A DNA stretch of 32,000 nucleotides, taken from NCBI RefSeq assembly GCF_000012925.1, contig NC_007517.1, positions 3,480,001 through 3,512,000 on the forward strand, written 5' to 3'. Shown one piece after another: positions 8,747-15,941 of this stretch. The translations under genes and the position numbers were made by a program. The notes below the pieces were generated by a model, which saw only the letters and a program-made list of their open reading frames with translations, searched no databases and was not told the origin of the DNA. Position 1 is the stretch's first letter, and every line of letters starts with the position of its first letter. The stretch is from Geobacter metallireducens GS-15 (lineage in GTDB: Bacteria > Desulfobacterota > Desulfuromonadia > Geobacterales > Geobacteraceae).

Positions 8747-10111
8747 CTACCACTCTTCCCGCTGTTTCTCCGCCATCTTCTGGAGATACAACTCCGGACT
8801 GGTCAGCCGCTTCACCTCATCGTCCGAATAGCCCAGCTCCTTGAACCGGAGCACCCCGTTGGGGGCATGGCAGTTGTTGCAGGTCAGGGCATTCTTTTTC
8901 GTCACCAGGTGATTGCTGCCGAACATGATGGTCTGCCAGCCGGGAACCGGGTCGTACTGCTTGATGCCGAGGATCTTTGCCGCCGAGGCCACGCCGGCCA
9001 GGGTGTCGCCGTTTGCCATGGGCGGGGCGAAGTCCATGGAAAGCAGTTTGCCGGTCTTGCGGTCGAAGAACCCTTTCCCCTGGAAGACTTTGAAGGGGTA
9101 AATCCTGCTGGCCTTGTCACTCCGGCTTCCCTTCGGGCCGATGAAGTCTGGCCGGTTGGCAACGGTCTTGTCGTACCACGCATAGACCGGCACCGTTTCG
9201 TTGGCATCCTTGCGGAGGGTGGTCGGCTCGTAGTAGCCGCTGGAGAGCTTCTCCCACTTGGTGAAATCCTTGGCGAAGGCGCCGCCGGTTCTGGTCACGT
9301 GGCAGGTCTGGCAGGCGATGCGGGCAGTATGCCGGTTGTACTCCGCATCCTTGTGGGGGGTTTCCGTGTGGCAGTCGGTGCAGGCAACCCGTACCCCATC
9401 GTGGGCCCAGTTGTTGGGATCAAAGCCAGTGGGGATCTTGTGGTTCTTTGCCTTGTGGCAGTCGACGCAGACCATCCCCTTGGCGGCGTGGACATCGTTC
9501 TCTTTCGTGAAGGCGAACCCGCGCTTCACCAGCACGCCGCCACCGGCCGCCTCGTGACATGTCATGCAGTTCTTGACCGTCGGCTTCGCGATGGCGAGCG
9601 CCGCCTTGACACTGCGGTCCTGCCCGAGCACGACCCGCCCCTGGTCATCCTTGAAGGGTTTGCGCTTGCTGTAGTCGTACTCGCGGGAATGGCAGAGCAG
9701 GCAGTCGATGGCCGCCTCGGCCTCGGGGCCGGTGCTCCCCACGTCGCTCACGTGGTTGCCGGGGTGGCAGGTGTTGCAGCCGGAGAACTTCGGCCCCTTG
9801 GCGTCGGGGATCTTGGGGATCTCCTTGAGGTTATTGACAATATCGTTGCCGTTGCACATGGTGTAGATGCGGTTTTTCATGCCGTATTCCCGGGTCGGAT
9901 CGGTATTCTCCACATTGTCCACCTTCGAGGCGTGGGTCCAGTGGACGGTGGAGAGGAACTCCTTTGCCTTGCCGGGGTGGCAGACCTCGCAGGTTTCCGG
10001 CCCCTTGTAGCCGTTCTTCTCCATATACTCCCTGCCGGGATGATCCTTGGCAAAGGCGGCGGATGCCATCACCGCCCCGGCAACGAGCCCGGTGAAAAGT
10101 ATCTTGATCAT
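8747..10111 (-). CDS. periplasmic octahaem c-type cytochrome
   Basis: 454 aa with a signal peptide (MIKILFTGLVAGAVMASAAFA). Eight CxxCH motifs are present: CEVCH, CNTCH, CLLCH, CMTCH, CVDCH, CTDCH, CQTCH, CNNCH. Confidence 0.9.
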   Translation of the reverse strand: MIKILFTGLVAGAVMASAAFAKDHPGREYMEKNGYKGPETCEVCHPGKAKEFLSTVHWTHASKVDNVENTDPTREYGMKNRIYTMCNGNDIVNNLKEIPKIPDAKGPKFSGCNTCHPGNHVSDVGSTGPEAEAAIDCLLCHSREYDYSKRKPFKDDQGRVVLGQDRSVKAALAIAKPTVKNCMTCHEAAGGGVLVKRGFAFTKENDVHAAKGMVCVDCHKAKNHKIPTGFDPNNWAHDGVRVACTDCHTETPHKDAEYNRHTARIACQTCHVTRTGGAFAKDFTKWEKLSSGYYEPTTLRKDANETVPVYAWYDKTVANRPDFIGPKGSRSDKASRIYPFKVFQGKGFFDRKTGKLLSMDFAPPMANGDTLAGVASAAKILGIKQYDPVPGWQTIMFGSNHLVTKKNALTCNNCHAPNGVLRFKELGYSDDEVKRLTSPELYLQKMAEKQREEW

Positions 10112-10258
10112 ATCTCTATCCTCTCACTCCGGTCCCCCACGAGCTGAGGAACCTGTAATTTTTGTCTATATAGATAAATGAATGAAATATACGTCGGGAA
10201 ACTACAGGAGAAAGAGTGCCCGCTGCGTGTGAAAACGGTCAGCCGGCACCCTGCTCAC

Positions 10259-10555
10259 TCAGCAACCCGCCGTCTTGCGGAAAATGGTGACGACACCGTC
10301 GCCGTCGTCAAACTTGACCCGCACCTCGTCACCTTCGACGATTCGCTTGTCCTTGAACTTATCGAGGGTAAGGTCGTCTTTCACCGTCACCTTGACCTCT
10401 TTGTCGCTCTTGGTGTCCTTGAGAATGACGGTGGCCGTTCCCCCCTGCATCTCAATCTTTTGGACGGTGCCGACCATCTTCACCTCGGCCGCGCCGGCAA
10501 TTGTGCCGATGGACAACATGATGACTGCCGCTGCTGCTGCGATTGCTTTTCTCAT
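10259..10555 (-). CDS. small secreted protein of unknown function (beta-rich, about 73 aa mature, C-terminal Cys)
   Basis: 98-aa ORF preceded by an AAGGAG SD. The signal peptide ends AGA/AE. The mature part is rich in Lys/Asp/Val and ends ...RKTAGC. It lies between the DUF3373 and cytochrome genes on the same strand. Confidence 0.7.
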   Translation of the reverse strand: MRKAIAAAAAVIMLSIGTIAGAAEVKMVGTVQKIEMQGGTATVILKDTKSDKEVKVTVKDDLTLDKFKDKRIVEGDEVRVKFDDGDGVVTIFRKTAGC

Positions 10556-10579
10556 GACTCTGCTCCTTTGTTCGTTCCA

Positions 10580-10625
10580 AGCCCTTCTCAGGGCTGAGTA
10601 ACGGCGGGGAACCGGAGTCCCCCGC
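10580..10625 (-). other. two intercistronic stem-loops between the DUF3373 gene and the small secreted protein gene
   Basis: On the minus strand, GGCGGGGA-7 nt-TCCCCGCC (10603-10625) forms a perfect 8-bp stem. AGCCCT-GAGA-AGGGCT (10580-10595) forms a 6-bp stem with a GNRA-type loop. Neither hairpin is followed by a U-tract. Confidence 0.45.
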
Positions 10626-10636
10626 CCGGATACCGA

Positions 10637-12253
10637 TCAGAAATGGACCTCGAATGTCGCGTAGAGGTCTTGGGCGCTCTTGAGAGGGGTAAGCATCTGG
10701 GGAGTAGTCTGCCCCAATCCGCTGATCTTGACCGGGGCACCCACCCAGTTGTTGCTGCCGGTGTAGTCGAAGTCGTAGTACTGGTAGCCAATCTTGAAGA
10801 ATGTCTTGCTCAGGTAGCTGGAGATGGGTTTCAGCTTCAACTCCTGGATGATATACCCTTCGTAGACGTTGCCGCGAGCTCCGACCTTGCTGGTCCACAT
10901 GTCGTCGGCGGCCGGGGCAAAGGTGATCCAATCCTTGGAACCGTGGTTGTATTCGAAGCCGAGCTTGGTTCCGGTCGCCTCGATGTCATAGCGGCCACCG
11001 AGGTACACGGCCCAGCCGGTCTTACTCTCCTGCTTGCCGGTCCACATGAGGCCCGATTGGGTATCAAGGGTTGAGGTGGAACCGGCGCCGAAGTCGACCG
11101 GCGTTTTAAGCGGCACCTTCACCGTATTGTTGTTCGGATTGGTGTGGCTGACGGCACCCGATGCGAACCAGTGGAAAGTGCCGGGGCCAGCTTTCTTCAC
11201 GCGACCGAGGAAGTTGAGGCCGTACCAGTCGATGTCGCCCAGATCCGTCGCTGGCGAGCTCCCCTCAAAGGGACCGGACAGCATGACCGGGGTGTTGAAG
11301 ATGTTCATGCCACGGTTGTACTGGAACTCGGCCTTGAGGTTGTCGGTATCGTAGGGGACAATGTTGAAGCCGAGCATGTCGGTGTCATGGAGACCGTTAC
11401 CCTGCTTGTCGGTAATGCCGTTCTCGAAGCCGCGGCCGTAACAGAACTTCACATAGGCGCCAGGAAGGGACTCGATGTCCGGCGCATAGCCGAGGGTCAT
11501 GCCATCAAAGGCGTAGTCCACCAGCAGTTGGGGCACACCGGAGTTCCCCGGCTTTTCCTTGTTCTGCTTCAGGTGGGAAGGGATGCCGCCAGTGGAAGGG
11601 CGCCGGCCGATGGAGAACCAGATGGGCTGGTCGGCGATATTTTTCCAGGTGGCATAGACCTGGTCCACGGCAAGGGTACCGTCTCCGGGAACGTGACCGA
11701 CGGTGCCGTCAAAGAGGCCGGCCCGGTCCGAAAAATATGCTTGGCCGTTTTCCCCGCGCAGGGCCGCGTCGTCGCGGGCGCCCGTTACCTTGTACATCAG
11801 GAGACGGGCGTGAACGGTGACATCCTGGGTCGCCTTGGCATCAACATTGAGACCGAAACGGTTGGTATAGAGGGAGTTGTTCTTGACCGTCCCCCCCTGC
11901 ACGGGAAGGAAGAGGTCACCGAGGCCACTGTTTCGAGGATTGAGCTGATAGTACGGTGCGATTTTCCCCCTCAGGTAATCATACCGAAACCGGTAGTCGC
12001 CGCCGATGCTCAGCCAGCGCCCCAGGGATTTCTCTTCCACCTTCTCGACCTTCCTTGCGGCATCATCGGCCTTCTTCTCACTGGTCTGCGCCTTCTGCTC
12101 GGTGCTCTTCATCTGATCCTTCATTTCCTGCAACTGCTTTTCCAGCGCCTCGATCTTCTTAAGGACGTCCTGTTCCGCCGCGCCTGCCGCGAGCGGCTGG
12201 GACAACCCCAATAGCACCGCGCCCGCCAGAACTCTGTTCGCTACCCGTTTCAT
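10637..12253 (-). CDS. DUF3373-family outer-membrane beta-barrel protein with an N-terminal coiled coil
   Basis: The start is placed at the internal ATG (MKRVANRVLAGAVLLGLSQPLAAGAAE...), preceded by an AAGGAGAA SD. After the signal peptide comes a Lys/Glu-rich coiled coil of about 60 aa. This is followed by alternating aromatic/Gly beta-strand sequence ending ...YATFEVHF (C-terminal Phe, typical of OMPs). Confidence 0.8.
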   Translation of the reverse strand: MKRVANRVLAGAVLLGLSQPLAAGAAEQDVLKKIEALEKQLQEMKDQMKSTEQKAQTSEKKADDAARKVEKVEEKSLGRWLSIGGDYRFRYDYLRGKIAPYYQLNPRNSGLGDLFLPVQGGTVKNNSLYTNRFGLNVDAKATQDVTVHARLLMYKVTGARDDAALRGENGQAYFSDRAGLFDGTVGHVPGDGTLAVDQVYATWKNIADQPIWFSIGRRPSTGGIPSHLKQNKEKPGNSGVPQLLVDYAFDGMTLGYAPDIESLPGAYVKFCYGRGFENGITDKQGNGLHDTDMLGFNIVPYDTDNLKAEFQYNRGMNIFNTPVMLSGPFEGSSPATDLGDIDWYGLNFLGRVKKAGPGTFHWFASGAVSHTNPNNNTVKVPLKTPVDFGAGSTSTLDTQSGLMWTGKQESKTGWAVYLGGRYDIEATGTKLGFEYNHGSKDWITFAPAADDMWTSKVGARGNVYEGYIIQELKLKPISSYLSKTFFKIGYQYYDFDYTGSNNWVGAPVKISGLGQTTPQMLTPLKSAQDLYATFEVHF

Positions 12254-12470
12254 GTGTTCTCCTTTCTCGTGGTCATTGCTGCTGACAGAAGGTTTAATAC
12301 TTAAATTGCTCCGGCCTCTCACTCCATCGTTGCGTCACGCCTTAGGGGACGGGGTGTCGTTTGTCCGTCACGGAGGCGTCAAAAATTGTCACCACATCGC
12401 GAAATCCCCAAAATTTACCCGCGGCCTTCCGCCCATTGTCGCCATCTTACGGTTTTCACTCATTATCTCT

Positions 12471-12486
12471 TGCAGTACCAATGCCA
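12471..12486 (-). promoter_or_regulatory. candidate sigma54 (-24/-12) promoter for the DUF3373-cytochrome operon
   Basis: The minus strand reads TGGCAT-TGGTA-CTGCA (GG-N10-GC spacing is correct; 5/6 and 4/5 matches to TGGCAC-N5-TTGCA). An AT-rich block lies immediately upstream. It implies a leader of about 200 nt. Confidence 0.35.
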
Positions 12487-12779
12487 ATAAATGCAGATAT
12501 GCAAATATTAATACCGAATTAATTGTTCGGTTACCCTGGGCAATGAAGCACGTAAATTTAGCGTAAAACCACTGACCGTCAGGGTTATCGACGAGCATGG
12601 GCAAGCTATAATCCCCGAACATCAACGCATAAATCGGCACGCAGCTCCGTGGGGCGGTAAACTGCAATCGTGCAGGATTGGTAAACGGTACATAACGGCA
12701 GGATGAAAAGAGGATCTCTCTCGGGAAGGAACGCAAGCTGGAATGAACGGCAATGGAAACTTGACTCACTATGCCTGTC

Positions 12780-12807
12780 TTGCGATTAAGCCGTCATGAA
12801 CTATACT
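12780..12807 (+). promoter_or_regulatory. candidate sigma70 promoter for the cytochrome c peroxidase gene
   Basis: TTGCGA-16 nt-TATACT, with the -10 about 39 nt upstream of the ATG at 12846. A GGGAGGAGGA SD follows. Confidence 0.4.
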
Positions 12808-12845
12808 GAAAACATTCTCATCAATCACTCGGGAGGAGGAAACGC

Positions 12846-13886
12846 ATGGAGAGAAAGGCTATTGCATGTGCGGCCGTACTCGCCCTGGTTGTCGGAACGG
12901 CCTGGGGCAAGGATGATGTCATGGGACGGGCCAAGGGAATTTTCAAGCCGATTCCCGCCAAGGCCAAGGCATTGAAGGGGAACCCGGCCACGCCGGCAAA
13001 GGTAGAGCTGGGGAAGATGCTCTACTTCGACCCGCGGCTCTCGTCGTCGCAGCTCATCAGCTGCAATACCTGTCACAATGTGGGGCTGGCCGGCGCCGAC
13101 CTCCAGGAGACCGCCATCGGCCACGGCTGGCAGAAGGGTCCCCGAAACTCACCCACGGTCCTGAACGCCGTTTACAACATCGCCCAGTTCTGGGACGGCC
13201 GGGCCGAGGACCTGGCGGCCCAGGCCAAGGGGCCGGTCCAGGCGTCCGTTGAGATGAACAACAAACCCGAGAACCTGGTGGCGACCCTCAAGAGCATCCC
13301 CGGCTACCAACCCCTGTTCAGGAAGGCCTTCCCCGGCGAAAAAGACCCTGTCACCTTCGACAACGTGGCCAAGGCCATCGAGGTTTTCGAGGCGACCCTC
13401 GTCACCCCGGACGCCCCCTTCGACAGGTACCTGAACGGGAACAAGAAAGCCCTGACTGCCGCCGAAGAGCAGGGGCTCGCCCTCTTTCTCGACAAGGGAT
13501 GCGTCGCCTGCCACAGCGGCATCAACGTGGGGGGGACCGGCTACTTCCCCTTCGGCGTCAAGGAAAGCCCGGGCCCCGAAATCCGCCCCGAGGGGGACAC
13601 CGGCCGGTTCAAGGTGACCAACACGGCGGCTGACAAGTACGTCTTCCGGTCGCCGAGCCTGCGCAACGCGGCCATCACCATGCCCTACTTCCACTCGGGC
13701 AAGGTCTGGGCGCTGAAGGATGCCGTCAAGATCATGGGAGGCGCCCAGCTCGGCATCTCCCTCACCGACGACGACGCCGGCAAGATCACCGCGTTCCTGG
13801 GGAGCCTCACCGGCAAGCAACCGAAGGTCATGCACCCGATCCTGCCCCCCAACTCCGACACCACGCCACGCCCCATGACGAACTGA
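12846..13886 (+). CDS. dihaem cytochrome c peroxidase (CcpA/MacA family)
   Basis: 346 aa with a signal peptide and two haem motifs, CNTCH and CVACH. Conserved blocks include GHGWQKGPRNSPTVLNAVYNIAQFWDGRAEDLAAQAKGPVQASVEMNN. From memory it closely resembles Geobacter MacA; this was not verified. Confidence 0.95.
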   Translation: MERKAIACAAVLALVVGTAWGKDDVMGRAKGIFKPIPAKAKALKGNPATPAKVELGKMLYFDPRLSSSQLISCNTCHNVGLAGADLQETAIGHGWQKGPRNSPTVLNAVYNIAQFWDGRAEDLAAQAKGPVQASVEMNNKPENLVATLKSIPGYQPLFRKAFPGEKDPVTFDNVAKAIEVFEATLVTPDAPFDRYLNGNKKALTAAEEQGLALFLDKGCVACHSGINVGGTGYFPFGVKESPGPEIRPEGDTGRFKVTNTAADKYVFRSPSLRNAAITMPYFHSGKVWALKDAVKIMGGAQLGISLTDDDAGKITAFLGSLTGKQPKVMHPILPPNSDTTPRPMTN

Positions 13887-13896
13887 GCCCCAAAAA

Positions 13897-13928
13897 GGAA
13901 AGGCCGGAGAACTTCCTCCGGCCTTTCC
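13897..13928 (+). terminator. stem-loop terminator after the peroxidase gene
   Basis: GGAAAGGCCGGAG-aacttc-CTCCGGCCTTTCC forms a perfect 13-bp stem. It has an A-run on the 5' side and a T/C-rich 3' side. Confidence 0.55.
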
Positions 13929-13963
13929 CTCCGCCCATTGACTTTCCGCCGAAGTCATGCAAT

Positions 13964-14308
13964 ATGGGTCCCATGTCTCCCCAGAAAGAACAAAATGTTA
14001 TCGATATAATCCGCTCGTGCGTCAGTCGCAAGAGCATTTTCTGGACCTATCACGTCAGCATGCGCATGGCCGAGCGTTTTGTTCCCCGGCAAATTATCTT
14101 TGCATCCCTAGATACGTATGAAATAATCGAATCGTACCCCGACGACAAATACCTGCCCAGTTACCTGATCCGGGCTGAACACGAGGAGGTGGTCTTTCAT
14201 ATCCTCTTCGCTCTGGACCGGGACAACGATGCGGTCAGGATCATTACCACGTACACGCCGTCGTCCGAGAAATGGGAAGCTGACGGCAGGACCCGGAGGA
14301 AGTCATGA
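13964..14308 (+). CDS. DUF4258 domain protein (putative type II toxin)
   Basis: 114 aa. YHVSMRMAERFVPRQII...VVFHILFALDRDNDAVRIITTYTPSSEKW matches the DUF4258 pattern. It overlaps the next ORF by 4 nt (ATGA). An alternative start is the ATG at 13973. Confidence 0.85.
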   Translation: MGPMSPQKEQNVIDIIRSCVSRKSIFWTYHVSMRMAERFVPRQIIFASLDTYEIIESYPDDKYLPSYLIRAEHEEVVFHILFALDRDNDAVRIITTYTPSSEKWEADGRTRRKS

Positions 14309-14526
14309 AGTGTCACAATTGTGGCGGTTCTTTCGAGCAGATCACTACGGACCTTCCCTTCAAGACCGGCCCCCATTCCATCATCATCATCAAGGAGCTG
14401 CCGGTCCTGCAGTGCGGAAATTGCAGCGAATTTTTACTGGAAGATGCAGTCATGGAGAAGGTGGACGCGATTATCGCCGGCACCGGGAAGACCGTTGAAG
14501 TGGAAATTCTCCGTTACGCGGCATAA
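14305..14526 (+). CDS. YgiT-type zinc-finger protein (MqsA-N-terminal-like putative antitoxin, no HTH domain)
   Basis: 73 aa with a CxxC...CxxC pattern: MKCHNCGG...ELPVLQCGNCSEFLL. Confidence 0.85.
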   Translation: MKCHNCGGSFEQITTDLPFKTGPHSIIIIKELPVLQCGNCSEFLLEDAVMEKVDAIIAGTGKTVEVEILRYAA

Positions 14527-14556
14527 CGGCACAAAGCCCCCCTAACCGAGACGACG

Positions 14557-14594
14557 AAAGGCCGGAGCAAACATGCTCCGGCCTTTTCCTTTCT
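14557..14594 (+). terminator. rho-independent (probably bidirectional) terminator after the TA pair
   Basis: AAAGGCCGGAGC-aaacat-GCTCCGGCCTTT forms a 12-bp stem, followed by the TCCTTTCT tail. Confidence 0.7.
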
Positions 14595-14600
14595 CGCATA

Positions 14601-14740
14601 CCACTGAAGTGTCATCGCGTTCGTATGTGCGCCAGATTTGGCCGCGACGATTGAGCGCAACCGCAGGCGTAGCCAGAGCTACGTCGAGGATTGCGCGATT
14701 GAGGAGCGGTCGAAGATGGCGTGCAGACGGACGCGAGCCA
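14601..14740. repeat. unit A of a tandem ~140-nt imperfect palindrome (ERIC/MITE-like or structured RNA)
   Basis: The left arm (catcgcgttcgtatgtgcgcca...cgtagc) is an imperfect reverse complement of the right arm (gctacg...tggcgtgcagacggacgcgag). A near-copy follows directly. Confidence 0.75.
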
Positions 14741-14879
14741 CCACTGCCACCATCGCGTTCGCATGTGCGTCAGATTCGTCGTGGCTGATTGAACGGCACC
14801 GCAGGCGTAGCCCAGCTACGTCGAGGATGACGTGATTGAAGCCGCGGCGAAGATGGCGTGCAGACGGACGCGAGCCACC
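14741..14879. repeat. unit B of the tandem ~140-nt imperfect palindrome
   Basis: Same architecture as unit A. The outer and apex segments are near-identical, while the inner stem segments differ with paired changes. The unit ends directly at the flhB stop codon. Confidence 0.75.
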
Positions 14880-15941
14880 CTAGACCTTTCCTTTGAGGCT
14901 GTAGACGTAGGCTAGCACCTCCGCCACCGCCGCATAGAGCGCCTCGGGGATCTCCTCCCCCTCCTTCACCTGGGCGTAGAGTTCCCGGGCCAGGAAGCGG
15001 TTTTCCACGAGCATGACGTTGTTCTCCCGGGCCATGGCCTTGATGGTCTGGGCCATGTGATCGGCACCCTTGGCGAGGACCGTGGGGGCGGCCATGGTAA
15101 GGCGGTCGTACTTGAGGGCCACGGCGAAGTGAGTCGGGTTGGTGATGACCACGTCGGCGGTGGGGATGACGGCCCGCAGCCTCCGCTGGGCCTGCTGGAA
15201 CTGCATCTGGCGGATCTTCCCCTTGACCTTCGGGTCCCCCTCCGACTCCTTGTGCTCGTCCTTCACCTCCTGCTTGGTCATCTTCTGCCGCTCGATGAAG
15301 CGCCACTTCACGAAGACGAGGTCAACGATCCCCAGGATCAGGAGCACCCCGCAGGTGTGGATCACGAGCTTGAAGCAGAGATGCTTGAACAGTTCCAGAA
15401 TGCCGGACAGGTCGGTGTCGGTCAGGTAGATGATCCCGTCCAGCTCGTCACGCATGATCTTGTAGGACATGTAGCCGACGATCAGAATCTTGAGGGTCGC
15501 CTTGGCCATCTCCATGAAGGAGTCTTTGTTGAAGAGCTTGCCGAAATTTTCCGCCGGGTTCAGCTTTTCGGGCTTGAAGGCGATCCGTTCGGCGTTCATG
15601 GAAAAGCCCACCTGGGCCACGGTGGTAAAGAGGCCGACAATGACCACCACGAGCATGAAGGGCCCCACGACCTGCAACATGACAAGAAAAAGCTTCACCA
15701 GCAGCATCTCGACGCTCGACTCGGTGAGCTGGAAGGTACCCATGGAGCCGAAAATCTCGCTGGTGGTGGACTTGAGGGTGGTAAACATGAAGCCGCCGGT
15801 GGTGTAGAGGGCGACCATGGAGGCGATGAGCGTGACGGTGGAGGTGAGGTCGCGGCTGTGGGGGACCCCCTTCTTTTTCGCCTCATCCAGTCTCTTCGGG
15901 GTGGGTTGTTCTGTTTTTGAATGCTTGTCTTCTTCCGACAC
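14880..15941 (-). CDS. flhB: flagellar type III export protein FlhB
   Basis: 353 aa starting MSEEDKHSKTEQPTPKRLDEAKKKG, with the NPTH autocleavage motif (VVITNPTHFAVAL). The GTG start overlaps the fliR TAG by 1 nt. Confidence 0.95.
   Translation of the reverse strand: MSEEDKHSKTEQPTPKRLDEAKKKGVPHSRDLTSTVTLIASMVALYTTGGFMFTTLKSTTSEIFGSMGTFQLTESSVEMLLVKLFLVMLQVVGPFMLVVVIVGLFTTVAQVGFSMNAERIAFKPEKLNPAENFGKLFNKDSFMEMAKATLKILIVGYMSYKIMRDELDGIIYLTDTDLSGILELFKHLCFKLVIHTCGVLLILGIVDLVFVKWRFIERQKMTKQEVKDEHKESEGDPKVKGKIRQMQFQQAQRRLRAVIPTADVVITNPTHFAVALKYDRLTMAAPTVLAKGADHMAQTIKAMARENNVMLVENRFLARELYAQVKEGEEIPEALYAAVAEVLAYVYSLKGKV

Noticed and set aside
12254-12470. Possible GEMM-I/c-di-GMP or cGAMP riboswitch in the long leader of the DUF3373 operon (GGACAAAC...GACGCAAC resembles GGCAAACC...GACGCAAAGCC).
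   Set aside because: The intervening sequence does not form the P1/P2 stems or the GNRA loop and receptor, so only fragmentary similarity exists. An Infernal/Rfam scan is needed before any claim.
12585-12592. A GTCGATAA sigma28 -10-like octamer on the minus strand.
   Set aside because: There is no TAAA-type -35 element at the required 10-11 nt spacing (TTATAGCT matches 3/8).
12389-12769. A 126-aa minus-strand ORF in the AT-rich intergenic region.
   Set aside because: It has no SD, atypical composition and no recognisable motif. It overlaps the candidate promoters and operators of both flanking operons, so it is most likely a chance ORF.
14536-14600. Possible integron attC site after the TA cassette (CCCTAAC resembles an inverse core site).
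   Set aside because: There is no matching GTTRRRY core. No integrase and no further cassettes are present, and the hairpin looks like a plain terminator with a T-rich tail.
14573-14835. Two + strand ORFs (71 and 65 aa) inside the tandem palindromes.
   Set aside because: They are repeat-derived and Arg/Ser/Ala-rich, in different frames in the two units, and have no SD. The sequence conservation pattern follows base pairing, not codons.
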